A stretch of DNA of 64,000 nt, taken from contig JAXGZN010000001.1 of NCBI GenBank assembly GCA_040776945.1, forward strand, positions 128,001 through 192,000, written 5' to 3'. Shown one piece after another: positions 36,490 to 46,106 of the stretch. Made by a program: the position numbers and the translations under genes. Below the pieces are notes generated by a model. The model worked only from the letters and a program-made list of their open reading frames with translations, was not told the origin of the DNA and did no database searches. Numbering within the stretch: position 1 is the stretch's first letter; every line of letters begins with the position of its first letter. The stretch is from Methanomassiliicoccaceae archaeon (lineage in GTDB: Archaea; Thermoplasmatota; Thermoplasmata; Methanomassiliicoccales; Methanomassiliicoccaceae).

Positions 36490-38816
36490 ATCATTGGCCT
36501 GGCGTCCCCGGTGACTGCAGGTAGAAGGACCACGAACCTCGCCCCTTTCGATGGATCGCCGGGCACGCGGTCCTCGACCCATACCCTGCCGTTGAGGTCC
36601 TCGACCAGTTTCTTCACGAGATAGAGGCCCAGACCGCTCCCTGTGGTCTTGGTGCGCCCCCTCATCTTTCGCTGGAAGAGCTTGCTCTTCAGATCATCGG
36701 GGATCCCTGGGCCGTCGTCCTCCACCCACACCTTATAGTGCTCCCTCCCGGCCTCGAAGACCTTGTTGAGCACGATCGATATCTCCACGGGACCGGTGGA
36801 ATGCTTGATCGAGTTGCTCAAGAGATTTGTGAACACGTCCCTCAGCAGGTCTCCGGCCATTACGAACTTCTTGATGGATGCCTTATAGTTTATCTTGACC
36901 TCTCTGCCCGGATAGTGCTCGAACTCCGCCCTTACGTCCTCTAGCAGCCACCCCAGGTCGACCAGTCCGTATTTCGAATCGTGGCTTTCCACCCTTTGGA
37001 TCTTGCGGACTGTCTCGATAAGCTCGTTGCTGCTGGAAAGGATGTCCTGGGACTTGGAGAAGTATTGCATGTTCTTCGCTTCGATGTCCATCTTGTCAAC
37101 GGCAGCCTGGAGATAGCTTGAGACCGCGGCGTTCATATTGCTGATGTCATGCGACAGCAGGTCGATGTAAAGCTCCGCCTGCTCCTTGGCCTCGATGGCA
37201 TCGTGCTCCAGCTTCCTCTGCCTGGTGATGTCCTGAACGACGCTCACCCCCCCGATGATCTTATTCGATCCATCGTGGATGGGCGCTGCCGAGCACAATA
37301 TGGTCCCCCGGCTGCCGTCGAGCCGCTGGATATCGATCACGTTGCCCACGACGGTCTCCCCCTTTCGGATAGCGATGGCGATCGGCCATTCGTCCGGCCG
37401 CACGGTCATGCCGTTATCTGCCCACCAGCCCTTGAGCGCCTTGTAGTCCTTAAGGCTGGACAGGGTAGGCAATCTGCCGCCCCAGATGACGTCAACAAGG
37501 TCATTGCTCATCACTGTCTTTCCAACGTTGTCAGAAACGCTCACGCCCACGGGCAGGTTGTCCAGAATCGCCCTTACCCATCGCTTCTCTGCGTCCGCCC
37601 GGGCGGCCATCTCCTCCATGCGGTTCCTTGCCGAGACCTGTTCCGTTACGTCGGTCAGAAGGACCAGAGCGCCCTTCTCCCCGACCTTGTACTGGATCGG
37701 GACGATCGATATGTTCAGGAACGTCCGCTTGCCATTGAGCGTGATGGTCTCCGCCTCCTTCCGGCCGCTTGGAGCATTGTTCCTCAGCACCGCCTGGACC
37801 TTATCGGTAAGGTCCAGGGGCGGTGCCGACACCTGCGTCAACGGCTTCCCGGCCATCAGCTCTGCCCATACCGTGTCCCCGCAGACATCGGCGAAGGCCT
37901 GGTTCGCCCATCTCACCTTGAGGTCATTGCCCGAGAGCGCCAGTATCCCTGCCGGAGCGTTCTCAATCACCGTCTGGAGCATTTTCCTCTGCTCCTCCAC
38001 CTCCAGCGCCAGGCGGGCCCTCTCCTCCTCGGCGCGCCTGCGTTCGGTGATGTCGTGCACGATCGAGTAGGTATAGGTCCGGTTCTCGATGTGTATCGGG
38101 CCGGTAACGACCTCCACATCGCGTAATTGCCCATCGGCAAGGCGATGCTTGAGGAAGAGAGGGCTCATCTCATTGGACGATGCATCCTCTGCTCCCGGAC
38201 CCTCTGAGCATATTATGTAATGAAGGTCCTTCCCGATAAGGTCCTGCCGGCCATATCCATAGAAGTCAACCGCCGCCTGATTGACGTCCACTATCTTGTT
38301 CTTGGCCGGGTCCGCGATGAACATGACCGCGTGGTTCTCCTTGAACAGGCTGACATAGCGGTCGTTGCTCTCCCTCAGCTCCTCCAGCATTCGCTTTCTC
38401 TGGATAGCGTATCTTATGGCCCGCTCGACGCCTGTCTCGTCCACCTCGCCCTTGACGAGGTAATCCTGAGCGCCTATGGTCATGGCCTTAACGCCCAGCT
38501 CGACGTCGGTGAGGCCGGTCAGCACTATGGTGGGGAGCTTTGGGTAGGAGGCGTTCATCGTTTCCAGGGTTTTCAATCCGGAGGAGTCCGGCAGGCCAAG
38601 ATCGAGGAGCACGATGTCCGGAGCCTCATCCTCCACCATCTTCAGCGCAGCGCTCAGGCGATCGACGGACATCAGTGCGAACCTCGCGGAACGGGACTCG
38701 TTGAGCATCTCGCGCATCAGGGCCACATCCCCAGGGTTGTCTTCCACGAGAAGTACCCTTACTATGTTGTTCGCCGAACCGCTTCGATCAGGATCGTTAA
38801 CCATGGTGATGACCAT
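36486..38816 (-). CDS. hybrid sensor kinase REC-PAS-PAS-PAS-HisKA-HATPase
   Basis: LLVEDN, LLDLGLPD, H-box LSHDISN, NLLSNSIKH, DDGPGI and GSGLGL motifs. Confidence 0.92.
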   Translation of the reverse strand: MVITMVNDPDRSGSANNIVRVLLVEDNPGDVALMREMLNESRSARFALMSVDRLSAALKMVEDEAPDIVLLDLGLPDSSGLKTLETMNASYPKLPTIVLTGLTDVELGVKAMTIGAQDYLVKGEVDETGVERAIRYAIQRKRMLEELRESNDRYVSLFKENHAVMFIADPAKNKIVDVNQAAVDFYGYGRQDLIGKDLHYIICSEGPGAEDASSNEMSPLFLKHRLADGQLRDVEVVTGPIHIENRTYTYSIVHDITERRRAEEERARLALEVEEQRKMLQTVIENAPAGILALSGNDLKVRWANQAFADVCGDTVWAELMAGKPLTQVSAPPLDLTDKVQAVLRNNAPSGRKEAETITLNGKRTFLNISIVPIQYKVGEKGALVLLTDVTEQVSARNRMEEMAARADAEKRWVRAILDNLPVGVSVSDNVGKTVMSNDLVDVIWGGRLPTLSSLKDYKALKGWWADNGMTVRPDEWPIAIAIRKGETVVGNVIDIQRLDGSRGTILCSAAPIHDGSNKIIGGVSVVQDITRQRKLEHDAIEAKEQAELYIDLLSHDISNMNAAVSSYLQAAVDKMDIEAKNMQYFSKSQDILSSSNELIETVRKIQRVESHDSKYGLVDLGWLLEDVRAEFEHYPGREVKINYKASIKKFVMAGDLLRDVFTNLLSNSIKHSTGPVEISIVLNKVFEAGREHYKVWVEDDGPGIPDDLKSKLFQRKMRGRTKTTGSGLGLYLVKKLVEDLNGRVWVEDRVPGDPSKGARFVVLLPAVTGDARPMI

Positions 38817-39113
38817 CTCAAGGACCTCGTTGCTCCTCCGCTCCATCCGACCATCGATGGTTCGCGTTGGCTCCCCATATGAATAAAACCTCTCCATGCC
38901 TACGGCGATAGGGTCTTTCACCCATCACGTCGCAACCCCTGTCCGGCGATCGGCCCGTCCAACAGTGCTCTCATCGGCTGAACCGTTCTAACCGGACAAT
39001 GATTAAAGTGGTTTGGGATTATATTAGCCTAACCGTAAGATGGTCCCAATTGCCGCGATGTCGAGAATTGTCCTTTTTATTCCCACATGTGATGAAAGGT
39101 CCGGAGAGCGGAA

Positions 39114-39785
39114 ATGAGCATAAAGGCGATCGTTGTGGACATCGATGGAACGCTAACGGACATGAACAAGCTCATTTTCACCTCAGGCATAGAGGCGCTG
39201 AGGAAGGTGCAGGAGAAAGGCATCCCGGTGAGCTTGGCATCTGGGAACGTCCTTCCGGTCGCCTATGGCCTATCGACCTATCTGGGCCTTAGGGGACCGA
39301 TCGTGGCCGAGAACGGAGGAGTGGTATCGCACCAAGAGCGCATATACCAGGTCGCCGAAGGCATATTGGCGGAGAGGGCCTATGAACACCTACGGTCCAG
39401 GATGCCAGTGGAGCGCTTGTTCACTGACAGGTGGAGGTGCACCGAGGTAGCGCTCCGCCGCACCGCCGACCTCGAGCGAGTGAGGAAGGAGCTGGAGGGT
39501 TGGGATGTGACTATAGAGGCGACCGGCTTTGCCATCCATATCATGGACCGCGGCCATGGAAAGCTAGCAGGGGTAAGGAAGATGGCCGAGATATCCGGCA
39601 TCGACATCTCGCAGATCGCGGCGTTCGGCGACTCAGACAACGATGTGGGGATGCTTAAGGAGTGCGGAGAGAGCGTCGCGGTAGGCAACGCATCGCTGGC
39701 GGCAAAGGCCGCCGCGAGGTACGTGAGCCCCCATCCTCATGCCGCCGGCGTCATTGATGGCCTCCGGAGGCTTGGGCTTCTATAA
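39114..39785 (+). CDS. HAD phosphoglycolate phosphatase (TA0175/SPP-like)
   Basis: DIDGTLT, ASGN, AENG and FGDSDND motifs. Confidence 0.88.
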   Translation: MSIKAIVVDIDGTLTDMNKLIFTSGIEALRKVQEKGIPVSLASGNVLPVAYGLSTYLGLRGPIVAENGGVVSHQERIYQVAEGILAERAYEHLRSRMPVERLFTDRWRCTEVALRRTADLERVRKELEGWDVTIEATGFAIHIMDRGHGKLAGVRKMAEISGIDISQIAAFGDSDNDVGMLKECGESVAVGNASLAAKAAARYVSPHPHAAGVIDGLRRLGLL

Positions 39786-39797
39786 TGGATAAAGGAT

Positions 39798-40301
39798 TTA
39801 CTTGCGCTGAAGGAGCTCCAGCGCGCCGGCCTCGTCCAGGCCGATGGAAAGTAGGAGGTACTTAAGGGACTTCTTAATGACCATCTCCTCCGTCTTATCG
39901 TCCATGTAGGCTTCCATGACCACGGGGGCGCGCTTGAAGTACTCCACCCCGAACTCCGAGTAATAATATGCGGCATTATCGGGGTCCAGTTCGGCGGCCT
40001 TCTTGTAGGCGGCCTCGGCATCGTTGAACAGTCCGGCCTCCACGCAGAACGAGCCCATCGAACTGTGATACATAGGGTTCTTGGGGTCCAGTTCGGCGGC
40101 CTTCTTGTAGGCGGTCAGGATGTCCTCGGTCTTCACCTTGGGCACCAGCACTGCCGCTTCAGCCTTTCCGAACCAGGCCTCTGCATTGTTTGGATCGACC
40201 TTGGTGACCTTCTCGAACTTGGACAATGCCTTCTGATAATCGCCGTCTCCGAGCGATTGATAAGCCTGCTTCATGAGCTTGTCAGAACTCTCCTCTGCCA
40301 T
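39798..40301 (-). CDS. TPR protein
   Basis: Repeated AYKKAAELDP and AWFGKA motifs. Confidence 0.85.
   Translation of the reverse strand: MAEESSDKLMKQAYQSLGDGDYQKALSKFEKVTKVDPNNAEAWFGKAEAAVLVPKVKTEDILTAYKKAAELDPKNPMYHSSMGSFCVEAGLFNDAEAAYKKAAELDPDNAAYYYSEFGVEYFKRAPVVMEAYMDDKTEEMVIKKSLKYLLLSIGLDEAGALELLQRK
39981..40114. repeat. 32-bp exact direct repeat inside the TPR gene
   Basis: GGGGTCCAGTTCGGCGGCCTTCTTGTAGGCGG at 39981-40012 and 40083-40114; period 102 bp, equal to one TPR unit. Confidence 0.85.
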
Positions 40302-40605
40302 GTGATCGCCTCTATGGTGGCCTGATGTAAGGTCATGGAATTGATAAATCTTATTGCTCATTGAGGCCTTGATGAGAGCATCTAGGGATGTGACGAACAC
40401 CATCTGGAGGTGGCCGTTGATCCCCTTCGTGCGGCGCTCGGGGGAGCTTGTCGACGCAATGCTCCCATGGCCTCGCCATTTCCATTGAACGCCCCTCTAC
40501 AGCTTGGAGAGAGGGCGGACGGCCAGTCATGCTACGGTCCTGACAAATGTTAAATATCGAGGTCCTAATGCTAAGGGGCGTCCCTCCCCTGGGGGTTCTC
40601 ACCAT

Positions 40606-40878
40606 ATGGACAAGGAGACTATCAGCAGAGTGGCAAAGGTAGCTAGGCTCAAGCTCGCCGATGAGGAGCTGGAGCAGTACGCGGCCGATCTGGAGGACAT
40701 CCTTTCGGCGTTCTCGGTCCTTGACGAGGCGCCGACGCTGGAGGAATACGACCTTGGCCCGGTCAAGGTCGAGAACGTCCTTCGCGAGGATGTGATCTGC
40801 CGGGATTCCGACCCCGCCGAACTGAGAGAGGTCATGAGCACCAGGGACGAATGGGTAAGGGGGCCGAGGCTTTCGTGA
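40606..40878 (+). CDS. gatC: Asp/Glu-tRNA amidotransferase subunit C
   Basis: VAKVARL.L..EE and NVLRED motifs; precedes gatA. Confidence 0.9.
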   Translation: MDKETISRVAKVARLKLADEELEQYAADLEDILSAFSVLDEAPTLEEYDLGPVKVENVLREDVICRDSDPAELREVMSTRDEWVRGPRLS

Positions 40879-42200
40879 CCGCTCTTCCCACAGCGCATGC
40901 CCTAAGAAGGTTGGACGAGAGGCATCAGGTCTTCTGCGAGCGATTGGACGACCCCATGATGATGGGGGACGCGAAGTTCCACTTCTCTGCCAAGGACAGC
41001 CTTTGCTCCAGGGATTTCCAGGCACGGGCCGGGAGCAAGGTTCTGGAAGGGTATCGCCCTCCCTTCGATGCCACCCCCGTTCACCGGCTCAGGGAGGCCG
41101 GCGGGCTACTGATAGGCAAGACCAACATGGACGAGTTCGGGTTCGGGTCCTTCAGCACCAACTCCGGGATCGGCATACCTCGTAACCCATTTGACGTGGG
41201 GAGGAGCTGCGGAGGATCGTCCGGGGGAGCGGCCGCGGCGGCATCTCTAATCGCCGATCATGTGGCCTTGGGCGTCAGTACTGGCGGGTCGATCTCCTGT
41301 CCTGCCTCGTTCTGCGGCGTCATCGGGCTGACACCTACCTATGGCAGGGTCTCCCGATGGGGGCTGATCGATTACAGCAACTCATTGGACAAGGTCGGAT
41401 TGCTCACGAGGACCTATCGTGATCTGGAACGCTACCTTCCGATCATATCCGGGCCGGACCCCAAGGATCCCACATCAATGGCGCAGCCCCCATTGGACAT
41501 GAGGGGAGAGGTCACGACAGCCGCTGTGCCCGCGGAGGCCATGACCGGTCTTTCGCCGGAGGTCAGGTCCGCTTTCGAGGAGGCACTGAAGGAGCTTGGG
41601 CGGAACGGCATCAAGGTCAGAGAGATCAAGATGCCGTCCATTCGTTATGCCCTCCCTGCCTACTATATATTGGGGACATCGGAGGCTTCGACGAACCTGG
41701 CGCGATACTGCGGCATGAGGTTCGGATCGATGAACCATGAGTTCGACCAGGGATTCAACGATTTCTTCTCGCAGACCCGCTCCGAGGATTTGGGTCCAGA
41801 GGCCAAGAGGAGGGTCTTGCTAGGTACCTTCTCGCGCATGGTCGGTCTCCGCAACCGCTATTATGTTAAGGCTCTGCAGGTCAGGCAGCTCATCATCTAC
41901 GAGTACCGCAAGGTGTTCGAGGACTTTGATGCCATCCTCTCACCGACCATGCCGTTCGTGGCCCCGCGGTTCGATGAGATAGCGCGAATGAGGCCCCTTG
42001 AGATGTACCAGGCCGATTTCCTTACAGTCCCGCCGAACCTGGCAGGCATGCCCCATATCTCGCTACCATGCGGATACAGCAGGGGGATGCCCATAGGCAT
42101 GCAGGCCGTTACCCCCCATTGGGCCGAAGGGGCCCTCGTGGACTTCGCCCGGTCGTGGGAGGAGTCCTTCCACTACCGGTTCCCGGAGGCGGTAGCATGA
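40875..42200 (+). CDS. gatA: Asp/Glu-tRNA amidotransferase subunit A
   Basis: AKD, GKTNMDEF, GGSSGG, STGGSISCPA and NLARY motifs. Confidence 0.93.
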   Translation: MTALPTAHALRRLDERHQVFCERLDDPMMMGDAKFHFSAKDSLCSRDFQARAGSKVLEGYRPPFDATPVHRLREAGGLLIGKTNMDEFGFGSFSTNSGIGIPRNPFDVGRSCGGSSGGAAAAASLIADHVALGVSTGGSISCPASFCGVIGLTPTYGRVSRWGLIDYSNSLDKVGLLTRTYRDLERYLPIISGPDPKDPTSMAQPPLDMRGEVTTAAVPAEAMTGLSPEVRSAFEEALKELGRNGIKVREIKMPSIRYALPAYYILGTSEASTNLARYCGMRFGSMNHEFDQGFNDFFSQTRSEDLGPEAKRRVLLGTFSRMVGLRNRYYVKALQVRQLIIYEYRKVFEDFDAILSPTMPFVAPRFDEIARMRPLEMYQADFLTVPPNLAGMPHISLPCGYSRGMPIGMQAVTPHWAEGALVDFARSWEESFHYRFPEAVA

Positions 42201-43543
42201 AGATCGGACTGGAGATACATGTGCAGCTCCCGACGAGGTCCAAGCTTTTTTGCGGCTGCTCGACCTCCGGGGACGCTCCGAACAGCTCGGTGTGCCCGAT
42301 CTGCCTAGGCTTCCCCGGCTCAAGACCGTTCCTTAACCGGCGCGCTCTTGAGATGGGCGTGCTCATCGCCAAGTTCCTGAACTGCCAGATCACGGACCGG
42401 GTTTGGTTCGCCCGCAAGACCTATTTCTACCCGGACCTGCCCAAGAACTTCCAGATCACCCAATACGATACTCCGTTGGGTACTGACGGACACTTCATGA
42501 CCGGGGGGAAGAAGGTGGGGATCTGGAGAGTTCACATCGAAGAGGACCCCGGACGGATAAGAAGGGTCGGACGGGCCGGGGAGGAGGTGGCATTGATCGA
42601 CTATAACCGCTCGGGCGTGCCTCTTGTCGAGATCGTCACCGCTCCGGACCTGACATCCCCAGGGGAGGCCCGTGACTTCCTCACCGACCTTATCACCGAA
42701 CTGCGCCGGTTGATCGGCGTCACCGGAGAAGAGCAGACCATGAGGGTCGACGCAAACATCTCGGTGGGCGAGGAGAGGGTCGAGATCAAGAACATCACCG
42801 GTCTGAGGAACGTGGAGAAGGGATTGAGGTCCGAGGTGACCAGACAATCCAAGATGTTGGCCGCAGGGAAGCGCATAGTCAGGGAGACGCGGCACTTCGA
42901 CGAGGAGCGCGGGGTCACCATGCCCGGGCGGGAGAAGGAGTTCGAGGAGGATTACGGTTACATCGACGAGCCAGACCTCGGGACCTATCGCATCGGAGAG
43001 CTCGCTGCCTCCATGGTAGTGCCTGAGACGCCGCTGGTGCGTGCGGCCCGGCTGTCTTCACAACATGAGATAGGGATCGCAGCGGCCAGACAGATAGTCC
43101 TCACCGACTGGGCCCTGGCCGATCTGTTCGAGCTTCTCGCCGCTCGGGTTGGCGGAGAGGCCGCGATGAGCTGGACCATGGGGCCCCTGAGCTCATCTTG
43201 GAAGGAGCTCAAGTGCAAGGTCCCAGAGCTCGAAGGGGACATCATCAATATCATAACCGAGGTCACCGAGGGAAGGATGACCGACAGTGAGGGGAGGATG
43301 CGCCTTGTCGCGCTGGCATGTGGCCATGAGACCGCCTTGAACGCCTCGGAGGAGGCGCCCGATGACCTGGAAGAAATCATCGTCAAGATAGTGCGTGAGC
43401 ACCCCGAGGTGGTCAAGGATTACAGGATCAACGAGAGGGCGGCAAACTTCCTCATCGGCCAGGTCATGAAGGCGACCAAGGGGAGGTATTCCTCCAAAGT
43501 GGTGGCCGAAAGGATGAGAAAGGAATTGGAGAAAGGAGTTTAG
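42197..43543 (+). CDS. gatB: Asp/Glu-tRNA amidotransferase subunit B
   Basis: IGLEIHVQL, RKTYFYPDLPK, DYNRSGVPLVEIVT and FLIGQVMK motifs. Confidence 0.95.
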   Translation: MKIGLEIHVQLPTRSKLFCGCSTSGDAPNSSVCPICLGFPGSRPFLNRRALEMGVLIAKFLNCQITDRVWFARKTYFYPDLPKNFQITQYDTPLGTDGHFMTGGKKVGIWRVHIEEDPGRIRRVGRAGEEVALIDYNRSGVPLVEIVTAPDLTSPGEARDFLTDLITELRRLIGVTGEEQTMRVDANISVGEERVEIKNITGLRNVEKGLRSEVTRQSKMLAAGKRIVRETRHFDEERGVTMPGREKEFEEDYGYIDEPDLGTYRIGELAASMVVPETPLVRAARLSSQHEIGIAAARQIVLTDWALADLFELLAARVGGEAAMSWTMGPLSSSWKELKCKVPELEGDIINIITEVTEGRMTDSEGRMRLVALACGHETALNASEEAPDDLEEIIVKIVREHPEVVKDYRINERAANFLIGQVMKATKGRYSSKVVAERMRKELEKGV

Positions 43544-45372
43544 TTGTCCTCGTCCTCGTCGTCCCCGGCAAGGCAGAGAAGCTGCAGCTCGGAGAGCTTG
43601 CCGTCCTCGACCTTGGCCGGAGCGCCGTCCATAAGGGACTGGAACTTCTTGTTCTTCGGGAAGGCTATCACCTCTCGGATGGTGTCGCAGCCCAGCAGTA
43701 TCGATACCAAACGGTCCACTCCCAGGGCTATGCCGCCGTGGGGAGGCGCCCCGTACCCCAGCGCTTCAAGGAAGAACCCGAAGTCCGAATCGATCTTCTC
43801 GTCCGACATCCCCAGTCGGCGGAACACCTGCCGCTGCACCTCGGGATCATGACATCGGATAGAGCCGGAGCCTATCTCTGAGCCGTCGAGAACAAGGTCG
43901 TAGCTCAGTCCGCCGATCGCGCCCAGGTCCCGGCAGCCCTCGACCTCACTGACCTCAGGGCAGACGAACGGATGATGGAACGCCTCCAGCTGGCCGGAGA
44001 TGCTATCTCTCTGGAAAAGAGGGCAGCCGACCAGCCATACGAACTGGTGGTCCTTTCCCTCGGTGAGACGGAGATCCTTGGCCAGCTTGCGGCGCAGTTC
44101 GCCACCAGCCTTGAGGGCGGCGATCTCGGAGCCGGCAAGGAACAGGAGAAGGTCTCCCTCTTGGGCACCCATCTCGTTCTCCAGCGATCTGGTGATCTCC
44201 TGGGGGAAGTACTTCACAATATTGCTCTGGAGGCCCTCAGAGGTCATGCGCATCCAGGTTAGGCCGCCCATGCCCTGTCCCTTGGCCCATTCGATGAGCC
44301 TGTCGACCTCGTTGCGTCCTACCGCGGCCTCATCGCCCGCCGTGGGCCTCATGAGATCGGCCGTGACGTTCATGCACACGACCCTCCCGCCCTTGGAGAG
44401 CACCTTTTTAAAGATCTCGTAGTTCGCGCCCTGAACGATGTCGGTCACATCGTGCAGCTTCAGATCGTATCGGATGTCCGGAGCGTCGGTGCCGTAACTA
44501 TGCATTGCTTCGTGGAAGGTTACGCGGGGGAACGGCGTCCTCAATTCCCGGCCGTAGATGGCCCGCCACATTGAGGACAGGACCTTCTCGACGAGCGCCT
44601 GGACGTCCCGGTCGTTCACGAAGGACATTTCGATGTCAAGTTGGGTGAACTCGGGCTGACGGTCAGACCTCGAGTCCTCGTCGCGGAAACAGCGGGCCAC
44701 CTGATAGTATTTGTCCATGCCGCCCACCATCAGCATCTGTTTGTACAGCTGGGGCGACTGAGGAAGGGCATAGAACGTCCCTGGCGAGATGCGAGAGGGA
44801 ACGATGAAGTCCCTGGCACCCTCCGGGGTCTGACGGCATAGCGTAGGGGTCTCCACCTCAACGAACCCCAGGTCGTCCAGAGCCCGCCTTGCGGCGGCGA
44901 TGGCTCGATGCCGAAACCTCAGGTTGTTCGCCATCTGGGTCCGCCTCAGGTCCAAGAAACGATACCTTAGCCGGAGGTCTTCCGAGGGAAGCAGCGATCC
45001 CTTCTGATCGGCGACCTCGAACGGCAGAGGTCTTGATGAGTTCAGCAGACAGGCCTCTTCGATCAGCACCTCGAGCTGGCCAGTGGGGTTGCGGGGGTCC
45101 TCTGTCCCGGGCACACGATTCCTGACCGTTCCGCCGACCGAGATTACAGACTCTCGGCCGAAGGACTTGAGCATCCTTTCCAGGCTCTCGCGGTCGCCCT
45201 CTCCTGACATGGCCTCCGGGTCGTACACCACCTGGGTGGTGCCGTATGCGTCCGCCAGGTCGAAGAAGAGGACCCCGCCATGGTCTCTAGAGAACCTAAT
45301 CCAGCCGGCCAGCTGTACATGCATGCCCAGATGATCGGCGCGCAGTTCTCCGCAGGTGTGTGTCCTCATCAT
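43540..45372 (-). CDS. aspS: bacterial-type aspartyl-tRNA synthetase (likely non-discriminating)
   Basis: RTHTCGELR, RDHGG, PQSPQLYKQ, RCFRDED, GAD insertion, GAPPHGG; about 610 aa. Confidence 0.95.
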   Translation of the reverse strand: MMRTHTCGELRADHLGMHVQLAGWIRFSRDHGGVLFFDLADAYGTTQVVYDPEAMSGEGDRESLERMLKSFGRESVISVGGTVRNRVPGTEDPRNPTGQLEVLIEEACLLNSSRPLPFEVADQKGSLLPSEDLRLRYRFLDLRRTQMANNLRFRHRAIAAARRALDDLGFVEVETPTLCRQTPEGARDFIVPSRISPGTFYALPQSPQLYKQMLMVGGMDKYYQVARCFRDEDSRSDRQPEFTQLDIEMSFVNDRDVQALVEKVLSSMWRAIYGRELRTPFPRVTFHEAMHSYGTDAPDIRYDLKLHDVTDIVQGANYEIFKKVLSKGGRVVCMNVTADLMRPTAGDEAAVGRNEVDRLIEWAKGQGMGGLTWMRMTSEGLQSNIVKYFPQEITRSLENEMGAQEGDLLLFLAGSEIAALKAGGELRRKLAKDLRLTEGKDHQFVWLVGCPLFQRDSISGQLEAFHHPFVCPEVSEVEGCRDLGAIGGLSYDLVLDGSEIGSGSIRCHDPEVQRQVFRRLGMSDEKIDSDFGFFLEALGYGAPPHGGIALGVDRLVSILLGCDTIREVIAFPKNKKFQSLMDGAPAKVEDGKLSELQLLCLAGDDEDEDN

Positions 45373-45496
45373 TTCTAGACCTCTTTAGAAGTCGCGGTCG
45401 TCCAAATATGTGGCCCCATCATAAACCATTCGGTAGGGGGCCGTCAATTATCATTGTGGTTCGAGCAAAACCATGAGATGAGGAGATGATCGGCGA

Positions 45497-45976
45497 TCAC
45501 GATCCTCCCTCCGGATGGTCCCCGGCGATGTTGAGGTCGGGGATGAACTGGTATGGGTCCTTGATCATGTTAAGGACAACATAGGTATTGGTCTTCTTGA
45601 TCCCATGGATGGTCAGCATCCTTTTTATCAGGTCGGAGAACTGGTCCCTGTTCTTGCAGGCGACCCAGGCTATGGAATCGCATTCACCGGTGACATCAAA
45701 GATCGCGAGCACGTTGTCCATCGCCTTGATCTTTCCCTGGACATCGAGTATGTCCCCCTCGGTGTAAATATGGACGAGGGCCATGAACTCGTAGCCCAGC
45801 TTCAAGTAGTCGATGTTGGCCCGATAGCCCTTGATTATCCCCTTTTCCTCCAAGTTCTTGACCCTCTGGATCAAGGTCGTGGGGTGAACCCCCAGCCTCT
45901 TGGCGATCTGGCGGTAGGAACCTTGACTGGATATGCATAGCTCCTCGATAATCCGCTTATCAAGCCCATCGAGCAT
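45497..45976 (-). CDS. Lrp/AsnC transcriptional regulator
   Basis: LD.LDKRII..L, HTH, RVKNLEEKGII and VTGECD motifs. Confidence 0.93.
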   Translation of the reverse strand: MLDGLDKRIIEELCISSQGSYRQIAKRLGVHPTTLIQRVKNLEEKGIIKGYRANIDYLKLGYEFMALVHIYTEGDILDVQGKIKAMDNVLAIFDVTGECDSIAWVACKNRDQFSDLIKRMLTIHGIKKTNTYVVLNMIKDPYQFIPDLNIAGDHPEGGS

Positions 45977-46106
45977 TGTAACGACCTAATTGGACAAATG
46001 TCTAATGAGATAGGGACTATTAAAACTATTAGGGAGGCCTTTCTCACATTTGTAGGCAAGTTGGTTGTCGCAATAGTTAATATGGGTCAATGATTAAAGA
46101 GCGGCC

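Noticed and set aside
39981-40114. 32-bp exact direct repeat resembling a mini CRISPR array
   Set aside because: Only two copies, with a 102-bp period equal to one TPR unit, in frame within a coding gene (AYKKAAELDP).
40365-40420. Possible C/D box sRNA (TGATGA...TGACGA)
   Set aside because: No properly spaced CTGA D or D' boxes.
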